A stretch of DNA of 64,000 nt, from positions 28,584,001 through 28,648,000 of the forward strand of contig NC_086109.1 of NCBI RefSeq assembly GCF_963921235.1, given 5' to 3'. Every line of letters starts with the position of its first letter. Positions within the stretch are counted from its first letter, which is position 1. Under the pieces are notes generated by a model. That model was not told where the DNA came from. It did not search any database and saw only the letters and a program-made list of their open reading frames with translations. A program made the position numbers and the translations under genes. Below, in pieces: positions 48,043-60,725 of this stretch. This stretch comes from Mobula hypostoma. Taxonomy: Eukaryota.

Positions 48043-48849
48043 TACTGCCATTAATTCACCGGCACTTCATGCTCATTGCAAGTGAGGAGGTCAGAAAGAT
48101 TTGCTACTCAGCTGTGTTGATTTTTGGATCTTGGCTCATAATTCATAAAAATTGTGAGGTTATACCTGTTGGGTCTGATTAACTCTGTTTGAAGAAGGTG
48201 ATCAAAGTGGCAGACAGAGAAATATCTATAGATCTCAGACCTGAAACAATATCTGTTTCTCCTTTTTACAGATGCTGTCCAACCTGCTGAGATTTTCCAG
48301 CTTGTTCTATTCTTATTTCATATGTCATTGATTTTTTTTTCATATGGAACCAGAAAGGGTTTGGTTAAGCACCTCACAATAACATCTTAAATAAATTGTG
48401 TGGAGTTGAAGGCAAATTATCAAACTTGATAAGAATCTGGCAGATCAGCAAGAGACAGAACAGAAATGCTTACACTTCAAAAGTAATTCATTGGAATGAA
48501 AGTGTCTTGAAAAGTCTCGGAGATGAAAATTTTTAAGTGGTTTTGGGATTCTATGCAGAACCTCTTTGAATAAACGTGCATCTCATGAATTTATGCTGGG
48601 TATGGAGGATCATTGATGAGATAATGACCTGATGCATCTCCCATTGAGTAAATGACCTCAAATATCTATTGCAGTTACTATGATTAATGTTCCTCTATGA
48701 AATATTGTTATTTTCTCCCACCTCACTAAATTACATTTATTGCCACAGTCTTTGAAAATGAATCAGTGATCAGCCACACCCACATTTTCAGCACTGCATC
48801 TCTAAAATTGACCACTGAGATATATCATAGAGAGGCAACCAAGACAAGT

Positions 48850-49110
48850 ACACTCAGCGGCCACTTTATTAAGTACCTCCTGTATCGAATAAAGTGGCTA
48901 TTTAGTGTATATTTGTGGTCTGGAGCTGTAGCGTAAGCACTTCAAGGTTTGATGTGTTGTGCATTCTTCTGCACACCACTGTTGTAATACCTGCTTATTT
49001 GAGTCACTGTCACCTTCCTATCAGCTTGAACGATTCTGGTCATTCTCCTCTGACCTCTTCATTAGCAGGGCATTTTTGCACACAGATCTACTGCACACTG
49101 GATGTTTTTT
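48850..49110. mobile_element. Partial Tc1-derived MITE, same family as 28829-29371
   Basis: TA-CACTCAGCGGCCACTTTATTAAGTACC start and a shared body. Confidence 0.75.
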
Positions 49111-49939
49111 ACATGATGGACTTGCAGGCCCCATGCTCAACCCGTCTCCTTTGGCAACCAGGCTTGGGACTGCCTATGGTGGAATAACGACAAAAATTAG
49201 TTGCTCCAAATGCTCTCACTGTTCGTCACCAACTGCAACATTCCAAAACTGTGTACCAATGCTCAAACTGCGAATAAGTTACTTATTATAGCACGGGAGT
49301 TCGCTCAGCCTGTCAGAACCATGCCAGCTCCCATCCGAGCAATCCCATCGGTTCCTGTATCAACATTCTTTATATTCCTGTAACCCTGTATCTCATTCTC
49401 TTGCTCATTCCCTTTCATTGTTTTTGTCAATTATATCTGGAGTAATTTACAATAGACAATTCATCTACCAGTACGTCCTTCAAACAGCAGAGCAAATTGG
49501 AATACCTGTAAAACCTATATGGTGAGAGGATGCTTGTGGAAACTTCATACAGACAACACCAGAGATCAAGATCAAATCTCAGTTCCTAGAGCAATATAGG
49601 TTGAGACAAATAATGTATTGAGACAAGAACTGTATTATATTATAAACATGTTAAGGAATATCAGATTATAATCTGTTTTCTGAATGGTACATGAACCCAT
49701 GAACTATTCAAAAAGGAAGGAAGGGAGGAAGTTCAGTACTAGAGTAACTTTTCTACAAGATACTTAAAATTAAAGAAAGGACAGAGAAAAATAAATCACC
49801 TTTTATTTACAGATTTAACACAATTTTTTGTCATTATTTGCCACTGAATTATTTGCTGCCTACCTGATAATCCTCCTTGTCTGACAAAACAAAGTTCAAA
49901 ATGTTAAATCATTGTGCAATTTGGGGCTAATGTTTTTGA

Positions 49940-51566
49940 ATCTGTGGAACAGTCCATGATTCAAGGACATGGAACAGTTCATGTTCCAAGCCTTCCCTGG
50001 TAATCTTCCCAACTTCTTTTGCACTGCATTGATGACTCCATTGGTTCTGCTTCATGAACCCATGCTAAGGTCGTCAGTTCCATCAACTTTGCCTCCAACT
50101 TCACTTGCTCCATTTCTGACACCTATATTCCCTTTTTCAGTTTCTCTATCAAAGTTTCTGGAGACAACCTGTCTACCGACATCTTTTATAAACCTACTGA
50201 TTCCCATGGCTATCTTGACTATACCTCTTCCCATCCTGTCTCCTATGAAAATGGTATTCTTTTATTCCCAGTTCCTTTATCTTCACCATATCTGTCCCAG
50301 AATGAAACTTCCTTTTCCAGGACATCAGAGATGTCCTCATTTTTCAAAGAACAGGCCTTCCCTTCATATACCATTGATGCTGCCCTCACCAGTGCCTCTT
50401 CCATTTCCTGAATATCCATGCTCATCACATTTTCCCGCTGCCTTTACAGGGATAGAGTTCCTCTTGTCCCCACTGACCAACCCATGAGCCTCCCCATCCA
50501 TTGCATCATTATTTTGCAAATTCCACTATCTTTAACAGGATCCTACCTCTAAAAACACCTTTACTCCCCCCCATTCTCCACTTTCTACAGGGATCACTCC
50601 CTCTGTGATTCCCTGATTCCCTTGTTCATTCATTCCTCCTCACTAATCTCCCTCCTTGCACATGCTATACCTACCCATTCAGCTCCTCCCTCAACTCCAT
50701 TCAGGGCCCCAAACAGTCCTCCCAGGTGAGGCAACACTTCACTAGTGAATCTGTTGAGATCATCTATTGTATTTGGTGCTCCTGATATGGCCTGCTCTAT
50801 ATTGATGAGACCCAACGTAAGTTGAGGGACTGCTTTGTTGAACAACTCTGCTCCATTCGCCAAAAGCAGAATTTCCTGTTGGCCAACCATTTAATTCCTA
50901 TACAAGAGAAAATCTGCAGATCCTGGAAATCCAAGTAACACACACACAAAATGCTGGAGGTACTCAGCAGGCCAAGCAGCATCTATGGAAAAAAGTACAA
51001 TTGATGTTTCGGGCCAAAACTCTTCGGCAGGACAGAAGGGTTCCTACCCCAATTCCCATTCTGACATGTTGGTCCATAAGCTTCCTCTTTTGCCACAATG
51101 AGGCCACTCTTAGGGTGGAGGAGCAACACTTTGTATTCTGTTTAGATAGCCTCCAACCTAATGGCATGAATATCGATTTCTCCTTCTAGTAATTTTTTTT
51201 CTTCTTTTTTTTAGCTTTTCCCTTCCCCCTTCTCTCTTTTCTTCCCTACTCTGGCTTCGTACCTCTTTTCCTCACCTACTTATCACCACCCCAGTGCCTC
51301 TCCTTCTTCCCTTTCTCCCATGGTCCACTCTCCTCTCTACTCAGATTCCTTCTTCTCCAGCCCTTTATCTTTCCCACCCACCTGGCTTCATCTATCACCT
51401 TCTAGATTGCCTTCCTTCCCTTCCCCCCACCTTTTTCTTCTGGCATCTTCTCCTTTCCTATCCAGTCCGGATGAAGGGTCTTGGTCCAAAATGTCGACTG
51501 TTTATTCATTTCCAGAGATGCGGCCTGACCTGCTGAGTTCCTCTAGCTTTTCGTGTGTGTTGTTTT
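49940..51566 (+). mobile_element. Penelope-like retroelement, 5'-truncated, with RT C-terminus, GIY-YIG and pLTR; an inverted pLTR fragment is inserted at about 50900-51035
   Basis: FLHCIDD (YIDD-like), STDIFYKPTDSHGYLDY.SSHP, IIYCIWCS*YGLLYIDETQRKLRDCFVEQL and EEQHFVFCLDSLQPNGMNIDFS. Confidence 0.85.
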
Positions 51567-52704
51567 AGAATCCAATCTAGCAGCCTGGCTGTATCACGTA
51601 ACTTTGTTATGGTCTTGTGTTTCACATCTTGTTTGCTCATATCTTTGCCCACCTTTCTGAACATGGTCCAAAAATTGAAAAAAACTCTTCAATGTTTAGG
51701 TTTATTATTTTAAGTTTTACTCATTTAAAGCAAAGTTTTTCTCATAATCTGTAGTTATCTTGCTCATTTGCTTATATATGGAAGACTCTATTTACTAAAT
51801 CAGATCTTATCAAGAGATATTCTTGAAATAACAACATAACTTTATTTAAGTGCTGACAGATGGAAAACATCCTTCTCATTGTAGCAATTCTTTTGTCCAT
51901 TCCTAATTGCCAATTAACTGAATAATTAGTTAATAGAGAACTACATTCAAAGTATTTTTACCATTTAATAGATAGAACTGGAAGTCTCCTGAAATTCATT
52001 CTGCAAAGGGTTGGACAGTATGTTATTCACCTTAAATCTCATCTGCATGTTTCCTGACCTGAGTTAAAATCAGACTGAATTTATTTGTATCCAGAGTGGG
52101 CCATGATACTGAAAAGTTCAGACAGAGTTAGTTTTTGTGTTTGCTGAATTCAATATCCATACAATATGTCATACTAATTATGTTTAAAATTAACCTTAAC
52201 AGATCAACTTTAAAAATTATATATGGAATAGAATTTAAAATGGTGGTAATACTTTATTCTATATAACTCTCTTCCCATTTTTATGTTCTTGTGCTTCGTT
52301 TTAAACACTGTGAAGGAACGTTATTTATGTGTAAGTTACATTAAATGTCTTCTCAAATTATCATAATGTTTGTATGTTTGCCAGTGTATTTAACTGGTCA
52401 GTCAGTTTCTTGTGAGGAAATCTAATGTGATTGCTGGCTGTTGTGATTAAGCAATTAAACTCTGGCATAAGTAACTGCTCAAAATTGGACACTGTCAATA
52501 TAGATAATGAATATTGATAATGGTAGCCAATATGCAACATTGCCAATATAAATAATTAATTCTACAAAGGGAAAAATAGTTAAAAACCAGCTTCACTTTT
52601 AAAACCAATATTCAATTAAGATGTTATGAAAGCTGATAAAAATCACAGAATAGTGTGGTGACATTTACAGACACAGTCCTCGTTGATTTGATGCGAAAAC
52701 CCAT

Positions 52705-53110
52705 ATCAGAATCAGAATCAGGTTTAATATCATTGGCAGATGCTGTGAAGTTTGTTGTCTTGCAGCAGCAGTGCAGTGCAATACATAATAATAAAAATTA
52801 TAAATTACTAGAAGTATATATTAAAAAATGAATTAAATTAAATATGTAGTGCAAAAAGAGAGGTAGTGTTCATGGGTTCATTGTTCATTCAGGTATCTGA
52901 TGGTAGAGGGGAAGAAGAAATTTGCGAGTGTCTTTGGTGATATACCAATTATCCTCAAACTCCAAATGAAATAAGGCCGCTGTTCTGCTTTTTTTTGTCT
53001 CTGGGCCCAGGATAGATCCTCAAAGACATTGACAGCTAGGAACTTGAAACTGCTTACCCTTTCCACTTTTGATTCCCTCGATGAGGACTGGTGTGTGTTC
53101 CTTCAACATC
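52705..53110 (-). mobile_element. Internally deleted Rex1/Babar 3' remnant
   Basis: ERVSSFKFLAVNVFEDLSW and FFPSTIRYLN; (GATTCT)n tail. Confidence 0.78.
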
Positions 53111-53724
53111 CCTGTATGTTTTGATGTACATATAACAAATAAAACTAATAAAAGCATTGCTGAATCAGAAAAAGAGGCCAATTGCTCCGTCAGTCTATGC
53201 TAGCGCCTGGAGAAATATTCTGTCAAATCTGTTCCCTCTCCCTTTCTTTATAACCCTGAAATTATTCCTTTTCATTTGTCCATCAGATTCCCTTTTGACA
53301 CTGATACATATTTCCAAGCTTCAATTGATTAGTTCAGCTTTAGCTATTTTCTTTGCTGGTAAAAACTAATTTGTAATGACACATAAACAAGATTTCACTC
53401 TTAAGATGCTAACTGCAGAGAGTAATTCAGCATTTTCAGTTATTATTTCAAATTTTCTTTATCATTATTTTGCTTTTGGTCACTTGAATGGCAAAAAGCA
53501 ATGTTAAATGCAAGACAATAATGAAGATTGCATTTTTTAAACAAAGAGAAATTTAAACAAACATCCTCTGCTGTGTACATACATCTATTGATGCTTCTGG
53601 ACACACCTTCAGTGATGTTCCTGGAATCATCGGGTGTTTCGGGTCTTTCAACATCATACAACCTCCTCCAGGTGACCCAGCCGGGGCTGATCAGATCCCA
53701 GCTTGTGTCCAGATGGCTAGCTAC

Positions 53725-55794
53725 TTATGACTCCATCAAAAGCCACAGCCATCTTGAGGCCCTCTCTGCCGCATCGGTGGTACTGCGGATGGCTCTCCTC
53801 TTCCTCTCTCCCTCGATGCCCAAAATGCTGAAGGCTCTAACTAAAGAACGGGCTACGAATCCCCTACAACCAACCTCCACTGGGAGACACCTCACTCTCC
53901 ATCCAACCTGCTGACAGTTGCCGACCAGTCCTGCGTACTTGGAGAGCTTCCTTTCAAAGGCTTCTTCCAAGTGATCTTCCCATGGGACTGTCAGCTCCAG
54001 TGGCACCATTTGCTTAGTAAACTCAGACACTAGGACAATGTCTGGTCGCAGGGTGGTGGCTGCGATATGGTTGGGGAACTTCAGCTGCCCTTCGAGGTCC
54101 ACCAAGAGCTGCCAGTCCCTTGCAGAGGTCAGAATGCCTGCAGATGTTCTTTTGGCAGGTATTGGCTGCTCCCCAGCTCTGACAAAGGCAATGGTCTGCT
54201 TGGAGGGTCGGGACCGCTTCACCCACTCAACTCTTGCGGCTTCAGCGATGGTCTTCAGGACCTGATCATGCCTCCACCTGTACCATCCCTCACCAAGTGC
54301 CCTTGCGCAGCCGCTGAGGAAGTGCTCTAGGGTTCCTCGCTTGGAGCACAGTGGGCACGCGGATGACTCTGCCTTGCCCCATGTGTGCAGGTTTGATGGG
54401 CTTGGAAGCACATCGTACACTGCCTGGATGAGAAATTGGATGCAGTGTGATTCAGCTTTCCAAAGATCAGCCCAGGTCACTTTCCTCTCAACCGCATTCT
54501 CCCATCTTGTCCAAGCTCCCTGTTGCTTCTTTCCCACTGCCTTGCAGGCTCTCGTCTCCTCCACTACTGCTCTCATCTCCTCCTGAACTAGACGACGCCT
54601 TTCCTTCCCTCTGGTGTCCATTTGGGGAGTTGGAAAGGATCCTAGCCCAGCTTGGCCTCGTGTGACCCCTCCCACCAGCCTCCTGTGATGCAACCTCATC
54701 TCTGCCTCCTGAACAGCTTCCTCTGCCCTCCACTTTCTGCCAGTACTTACTTGGATCCCTGCTCTAGCCACCTTCGGGTCACTTGAGTCCCTATACTGAA
54801 GCACTTCTCAGGCTCTTGTTACCTTGAATTCTTCCTCCAAGGATTCGAAGGGCAGTTGCAATTTGTTGTGGTGTCCACAGAGTGCGATGCTGCTCAGGCT
54901 CTTTGGCAGCCCCAGCCATCTCCTGAGGTGGTTGCTAACACTCTTCTCTAAGGTTTCGACTGTCCAGATCGGAACTGCATAGACGAGGAGGGGCCACAGG
55001 ATTCTGGGAAGAATGCCATGCTGATACACCCAGGCTTTAAACTTCCCAGGTAGGCCAGACTTGTCCACAGATTTCAGCCAGCCATCCAAGTCGGTGCAGG
55101 TTGCCTGAATGGATGTTGTGTCCCTTAAAGAGCTGTCAAAAACTTTGCTTAAGCTCTTGACTGGCTTTTCTGTGATGGTTGGGATGGCTGTGCCTGCGAT
55201 GCTGAACCGGAACTTGTTCTCCACCTTCCCTTTCCTCAGCACCATCGATCTTGATTTGGCAGGTTTGAAACGCATCCGGGCCCACTCCACCAGCTTTTTG
55301 AGCCCTTGCAGAATCCTCCGGCAGCCTGGGACTGATTCTGTGGTGACTGTGAGGTCATCCATGAATGCCCTGATAGGTGGTTGCCGTTGAGCGGAATCCA
55401 TTCTGGGCCCTCTGCACTCTGGTTCAGCAGACTTAGTGAGCATGTTCATGGCTAGGGAGAACAGTGTCACTGAGATAGTGCACCCTGTGATGATGCTGAC
55501 CTCCACCTTGTGCCAGGTTGATGTAATTGCTCCTGAAGAGACCCTCATCCTGAAGTTGCTGTAATAATCAGCGATAAGGTCTCTGATTCTGCTGGGGACG
55601 TGATATTTGGTCAGTGTGAGCTGCACCAGCTTGTGCGGAATGGAGCCATATGCATTTGCCAGGTCGAGCCACAACACTAACAGGTTGCCCTTGTTCTCTC
55701 TGGCCTCCCTGATAAGCTGTGTCACCACACCGATGTGCTCCAGACAGCCCGGCATCCCTGAAATGCCACCCTTCTGGACTGATGTATCAATATA
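53725..55794 (-). pseudogene. HERO RT core plus CCHC finger and RLE endonuclease, with one in-frame TGA
   Basis: Two adjacent ORFs share a frame and are separated only by TGA at 54810-54808, probably from CGA>TGA. Confidence 0.85.
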
Positions 55795-58700
55795 CATAGA
55801 ACATAGAACATAGAATAGTACAGCACAGTACAGGCCCTTCGGCCCACGATGTTGTGCCGACTCTCAAACCCTGCCTCCCATATAAGCCCCCAACTTAAAT
55901 TCCTCCATATACCTGTCTAGTAGTCTCTTAAACTTCACTAGTGTATCTGCCTCCACCACTGACTCAGGCAGTGCATTCCACGCACCAACCACTCTCTGAG
56001 TAAAAAACCTTCCTCTAATATCCCCCTTGAACTTGCCACCCCTTACCTTAAAGCCATGTCCTCTTGTATTGAGCAGTGGTGCCCTGGGGAAGAGGCACTG
56101 GCAATCCACTCTATCTATTCCTCTTATTATCTTGTACACCCCTATCATGTCTCCTCTCATCCTCCTTCTCCCCAAAGAGTAAAGCCCTAGCTCCCTTAAT
56201 CTCTGATCATAATGCATACTTTCTAAACCAGGCAGCATCCTGGTAAATCTCCTTTGTATCCTTTCCAATGCTTCCACAGCCTTCCTATAGTGAGGTGACC
56301 AGAACTGGACACAGTACTCCAAGTGTGGCCTAACCAGAGTTTTATAGAGCTGCATCATTACATCGCAACTCTTAAACTCTATCCCTTGACTTATGAAAGC
56401 TAACACCCCATAAGCTTTCTTAACTACCCTATCCACCTGTGAGGCAAATTTCAGGGATCTGTGGACATGTGCACCGAGATCCCTCTGCTCCTCCATACTA
56501 CCAAGTATCCTGCCATTTACTTTGTACTCTGCCTTGGAGTTTGTCCTTCCAAAGTGTACCACCTCACACTTCTCCGGGTTGAACACCATCTGCCACTTCT
56601 CAGCCCACTTCTGCATCCTATCAATGTCTCTCTGCAATCTTTGACAATCCTCTACACTATCTACAACACCACCAACCTTTGTGTCATCTGCAAACTTGCC
56701 AACCTACCCTTCTATATCCAGGTCATTAATAAAAATCACGAAAAGTAGAGGTCCCAGAACAGATCCTTGTGGGACACCACTAGTCACAATCCTCCAATCT
56801 GAATGTACTCCCTCCACCACCACCCTCTGCCTTCTGTAGGCAAGTCAATTCTGAATCCACTTGGCCAAACTTCCCTGGATCCCATGCCTTCTAACGTTCT
56901 GAATAAGCCTACCGTGTGAAACCTTGTCAAATCCCTTACTAAAATCCATATAGATCACATCCACTGCACTACCCTCATCTATATGCCTGGTCACCTCCTC
57001 AAAGAACTCTATCAGGCTTGTTAGACACGATCTGCCCTTCACAAAGCCATGCTGACTGTCCCTGATCAGTCCATAATTCTCTAAATTCCTATAGATCCTA
57101 TCTCTAAGAATCTTTTCCAACACCTTTTCCACCGCAGACGTAAGGCTCACTGGTCTATAATTACCCAGACTATCCTTACTACCTTTTTTGAACAAAGGGA
57201 CAACATTTGCCTCCCTCCAATCCTCCAGTACCAGTCCCATGGACAACGAGGACATAAAGATCCTAGCCAGAGGCTCAGCAATCTCTTCTCTCACCTCGTG
57301 GAGCAGCCTGGGGAATATTCCATCAGCCCCCGAGGACTTACCTGTCCAAATGTATTTTAACAACTCCAACACCTCCTCTCCCTTAATATCAACATGCTCC
57401 AGAACATCAACCTCACTCATATTGTCCTCACCATCATCAAGTTCCCTCTCATTGGTGAATACCGAAGGGAAGTATTCACTGAGGACTTTGTTCACTTCCA
57501 CAGCCTCCAGGCACATCTTCCCACCTTTATCTCTAATCAGTCCTACCTTCACTCCTGTCATCCTTTTTTTCTTCACATAATTGAAGAACGCCTTGGGGTT
57601 TTCCTTTACCCTACTCGCCAAGGCCTTCTCATACCCCCTTCTTGCTCTTCTCAGCCCCTTCTTAAGCTCCTTTCTTGCTTCCCTATATCCCTCAATAGAC
57701 CCATCTGATCCTTGCTTCCTAAACCTCATGTATGCTGCCTTCTTCCACCTGACTAGATTTTCCACCTCACTTGTCACCCATGGTTCCCTCACCCTACCAT
57801 TCTTTATCTTCCTCACCGGGACAAATTTATCCCTAACATCCCGCAAGAGATCTCTAAACATCGACCACATGTCCATAGTACATTTCCCTGCAAAAACATC
57901 ATCCCAATTCACACCCCCAAGTTCTAGCCTTATAGCCTCATAATTTGCCTTTCCCCACTTAAAAATTTTCCTGTCCTCTCTGATTCTATCCTTTTCCATG
58001 ATAATGCTAAAGGCCAGGGAGCGGTGGTCACTGTCCTCCAGATGCTCACCCACTGAGAGATCTGTGAGCTGACCCGGTTCACTACCTAGTACTAGATCTA
58101 GTACGGCATTCCCCCTGGTCAGCCTGTCCACATACTGTGACAGGAATCCATCCTGGACACACTTAACAAACTCTGCCCCATCTAAACCCTTGGAACTAAT
58201 CAGGTGCCAATCAATATTAGGGAAGTTAAAGTCACCCATGATAACAACCCTGTTATTTTTGCACCTTTCCAAAATCTGCCTCTCAATCTGCTCTCCTGTA
58301 TCTCTGCTGCTACCAGGGGGCCTATAGAGTACCCCCAATAGAGTAACTGCTCCCTTCATGTTCCTGACTTCCACCCATATTGACTCAAAAGAGGATCCTG
58401 TTACATTACCCACCCTTTCTGTAGCTGTGATAGTATCCCTGACCAGTAATGCCATCCCTCCTCCCGTTTTTCCACCCTCTCTATCCCTTCTAAAGCACTG
58501 AAATCGAGGAATATTGAGAATCCATTCCTGCCCTGGTGCCAGCCAAGTCTCTGTAATGGCCACTACATCATAATTCCATGTATGTATCCAAGCTCTCAGC
58601 TCATCAGCTTTATTCCTGATGCTTCTTGCATTGAGGTACACACATTTCAGCCCTTCTACCTTACTGTCTTTACACCGTTTATTCTGCTTCTCTTTCCTCA

Positions 58701-59514
58701 ACGCCTCTCTGTATGTTAGATCTGGCTTTACTCCATGCACTTCTTTCACTGCTCTATCGCTCTGGGTCCCATCCTCCTCGCAAATTACTTTAAACCCTCC
58801 CGAACCATGCTGGCAAACCTACCGGCAAGGATATTGCTCCTCCTCGAGTTCAGGTGCAACCCATCCAATCTGTACAGGTCCCACCTTCCCCAGAAGAGAT
58901 CCCAATGATCTAAAAGTCTAAAACCCTGCTCCCTGCACCAACTCCCCAGCCACGCATTCAACTGCCATCTCCTCCAATTCTTACCATCACTGTCACGTGG
59001 CACTGGCAGCAATCCTGAGAACGCCACCCTTGAGGTCCTGTTCTTCAGCCTTCTGCCTAGTTCCCGAAACTCACACTTCAGGACCTCAACCCTCTTCCTG
59101 CCTATGTCGTTGGTCCCAACATGTATCACAATTTCTGGTTGCTTTCCCTCTCGTACCAGGATGTCGTGCACCCGGTCAGAGACATCCCAGACCCTGGCAC
59201 CCAGGAGGCAACAAACCATGCGGGTGTCCTTCTCACGTCCACAAAATCTCCTGTCTGCTCCCCTGATTATAGAGTCTTCAATGACGACAGCTCTCTTCTT
59301 CTCCGTCCCACCCTTCTGCACCACAGTGTCAGACTCAGTGCCGGAGGCCCTGCCACCGTGGCTCACACCTGGTCGGTCGTCCCCTGCCAACAGTATCCAG
59401 GACGGTAAACTTATCATTCAGGGGAATGGCTACAAGGGTGCTCTGCACTACCTGTCTGCTCATCTTCGCTTTCCCCCCCTCTGACTGTCACCCAACAACC
59501 TGCTTCCGACAGCC
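55795..59514 (-). mobile_element. CR1 LINE (ORF1 esterase plus complete ORF2 APE-RT) nested in HERO
   Basis: ORF1 RAVVIEDS, HVGTND and DGLHLN. ORF2 58749-55864 is in one frame with two stops (56845-56847, 56704-56706). (TTCTATG)n tail; 2-bp TA duplication. Confidence 0.93.
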
Positions 59515-60404
59515 TAGGTATTCTTTGTTAGGTAGGTGCACAGCCGGTTAGAAACTGCACTGAAGAAGATCTTCACTTCGACACACAGCAGGGAGATGAT
59601 GTGAAACTGATCTATCTGGGTGGCATTTTCCTCCTTCGGGATCCACACCCCTTCAGCTACTCTCCGCTGTTCTGGGATCTTCCCCCTTCTCCAGAAGATT
59701 CTCAGGTTATTCCACAGACGCAGCTGGAGTTTGGGGCAGTTCTTGTACTCTTCATACGAGGTGTTGCTTGGTCCTGGAGCCGAGCTTGCCCTTGCTTTGC
59801 GGACGACCTCTCTGACTTCCTTTAGTTGCAGCTCTGACATGTCGAACTGCACATCCGGTTCAGGTGGGTCTATTAGGATGTCGCACTCTCCCAACTCCTG
59901 CTCTCTTTCAGGATCATTATATATCTTCTTCAGATGTTGGTCTATGTCTTCCTGTGAACAGGCCAGTTTCCCACTGCGCTTCTCCCCCGGCAACTCCTTG
60001 GTGAACTTGAAGGGGTTGTCGATAAAGGCAGCACGTTTTCGGGCCCTTTCACGACGCCGCCTCCGATGCCACTCTGCCCGGCGGAGGACCCTGATCTTCT
60101 TTCGTAGTATGCACATCAGCTGGGCCAAGCCAATGCGCTCCTCTTCTCCTGCCTCCTTGTATTGGGACTTCAGCGCTTTCATCTCCTGCCTGATGTTGTG
60201 GATCCTCAATGCTCTTTGGTTCTTCAAGTAAGATGTTTTGGAGCCTTCCTTCTCCTCTTCTCTGAACCACAAATATATTTCCCTTTTTTTGATACATGTG
60301 ATTTGCTGAACCCAGTAAACAGAACAAACTTAAAGGGAATTATTAGACTTTTTTCCAAGCTTCCTGTCATAGTCCATGGCAGTATCATATTTAAAGGGAA
60401 ATAG

Positions 60405-60725
60405 AAGATTCAAGTTTCAAGATTATTTAAAGTTATTTCCAATGCAGAAGTGTAAAAAAAGAACAAAATAATTGTTAATCCAGTTCCAATGCAGCTCAAA
60501 AAAAAACAGAATAAGACTACAAGAATTAAGAAAGCACAATAAACATCAGATAGGTTCTATACATAGATTGATTGTTTCATAAAGTAAAACCAGGTCCAGG
60601 AGTGTCTGTACAGAAGGTGACTGACAGGAAATGATAAAGTAGTGGTAGTGTGGGATGTGATGGAGTGAGTTAGTGAGTGAAGGTGTTGATCAAACTTATT
60701 GCTTGGGGAAAGTAACTGTTTTTGA
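60405..60725 (-). mobile_element. Rex1-type 3' tail remnant
   Basis: Minus strand KNSYFPQAISLIN and a CTTGAA-type tail. Confidence 0.6.

Larger units (their letters stand above)
53571..60270 (-). mobile_element. HERO-clade (NeSL/R2-superfamily) non-LTR retrotransposon with a C-terminal restriction-like endonuclease; 5'-truncated and split by a CR1
   Basis: ORF pieces 59514-60272, 54808-55797 and 53725-54804. Motifs SAPGP, QKGG...PGCLEH, WLDLANAYGSIPH, ITGCTIS, RAFMDD, the CCHC finger CPLC..RGTLEHFLSGC, RHDQV, RPDIV...ELTVPWE...K.SKY and PVEVGCRGF. Confidence 0.88.

Noticed and set aside
57188..60231. Long plus-strand ORFs of 100-200 aa
   Set aside because: They are antisense shadows of the CR1 and HERO coding frames.
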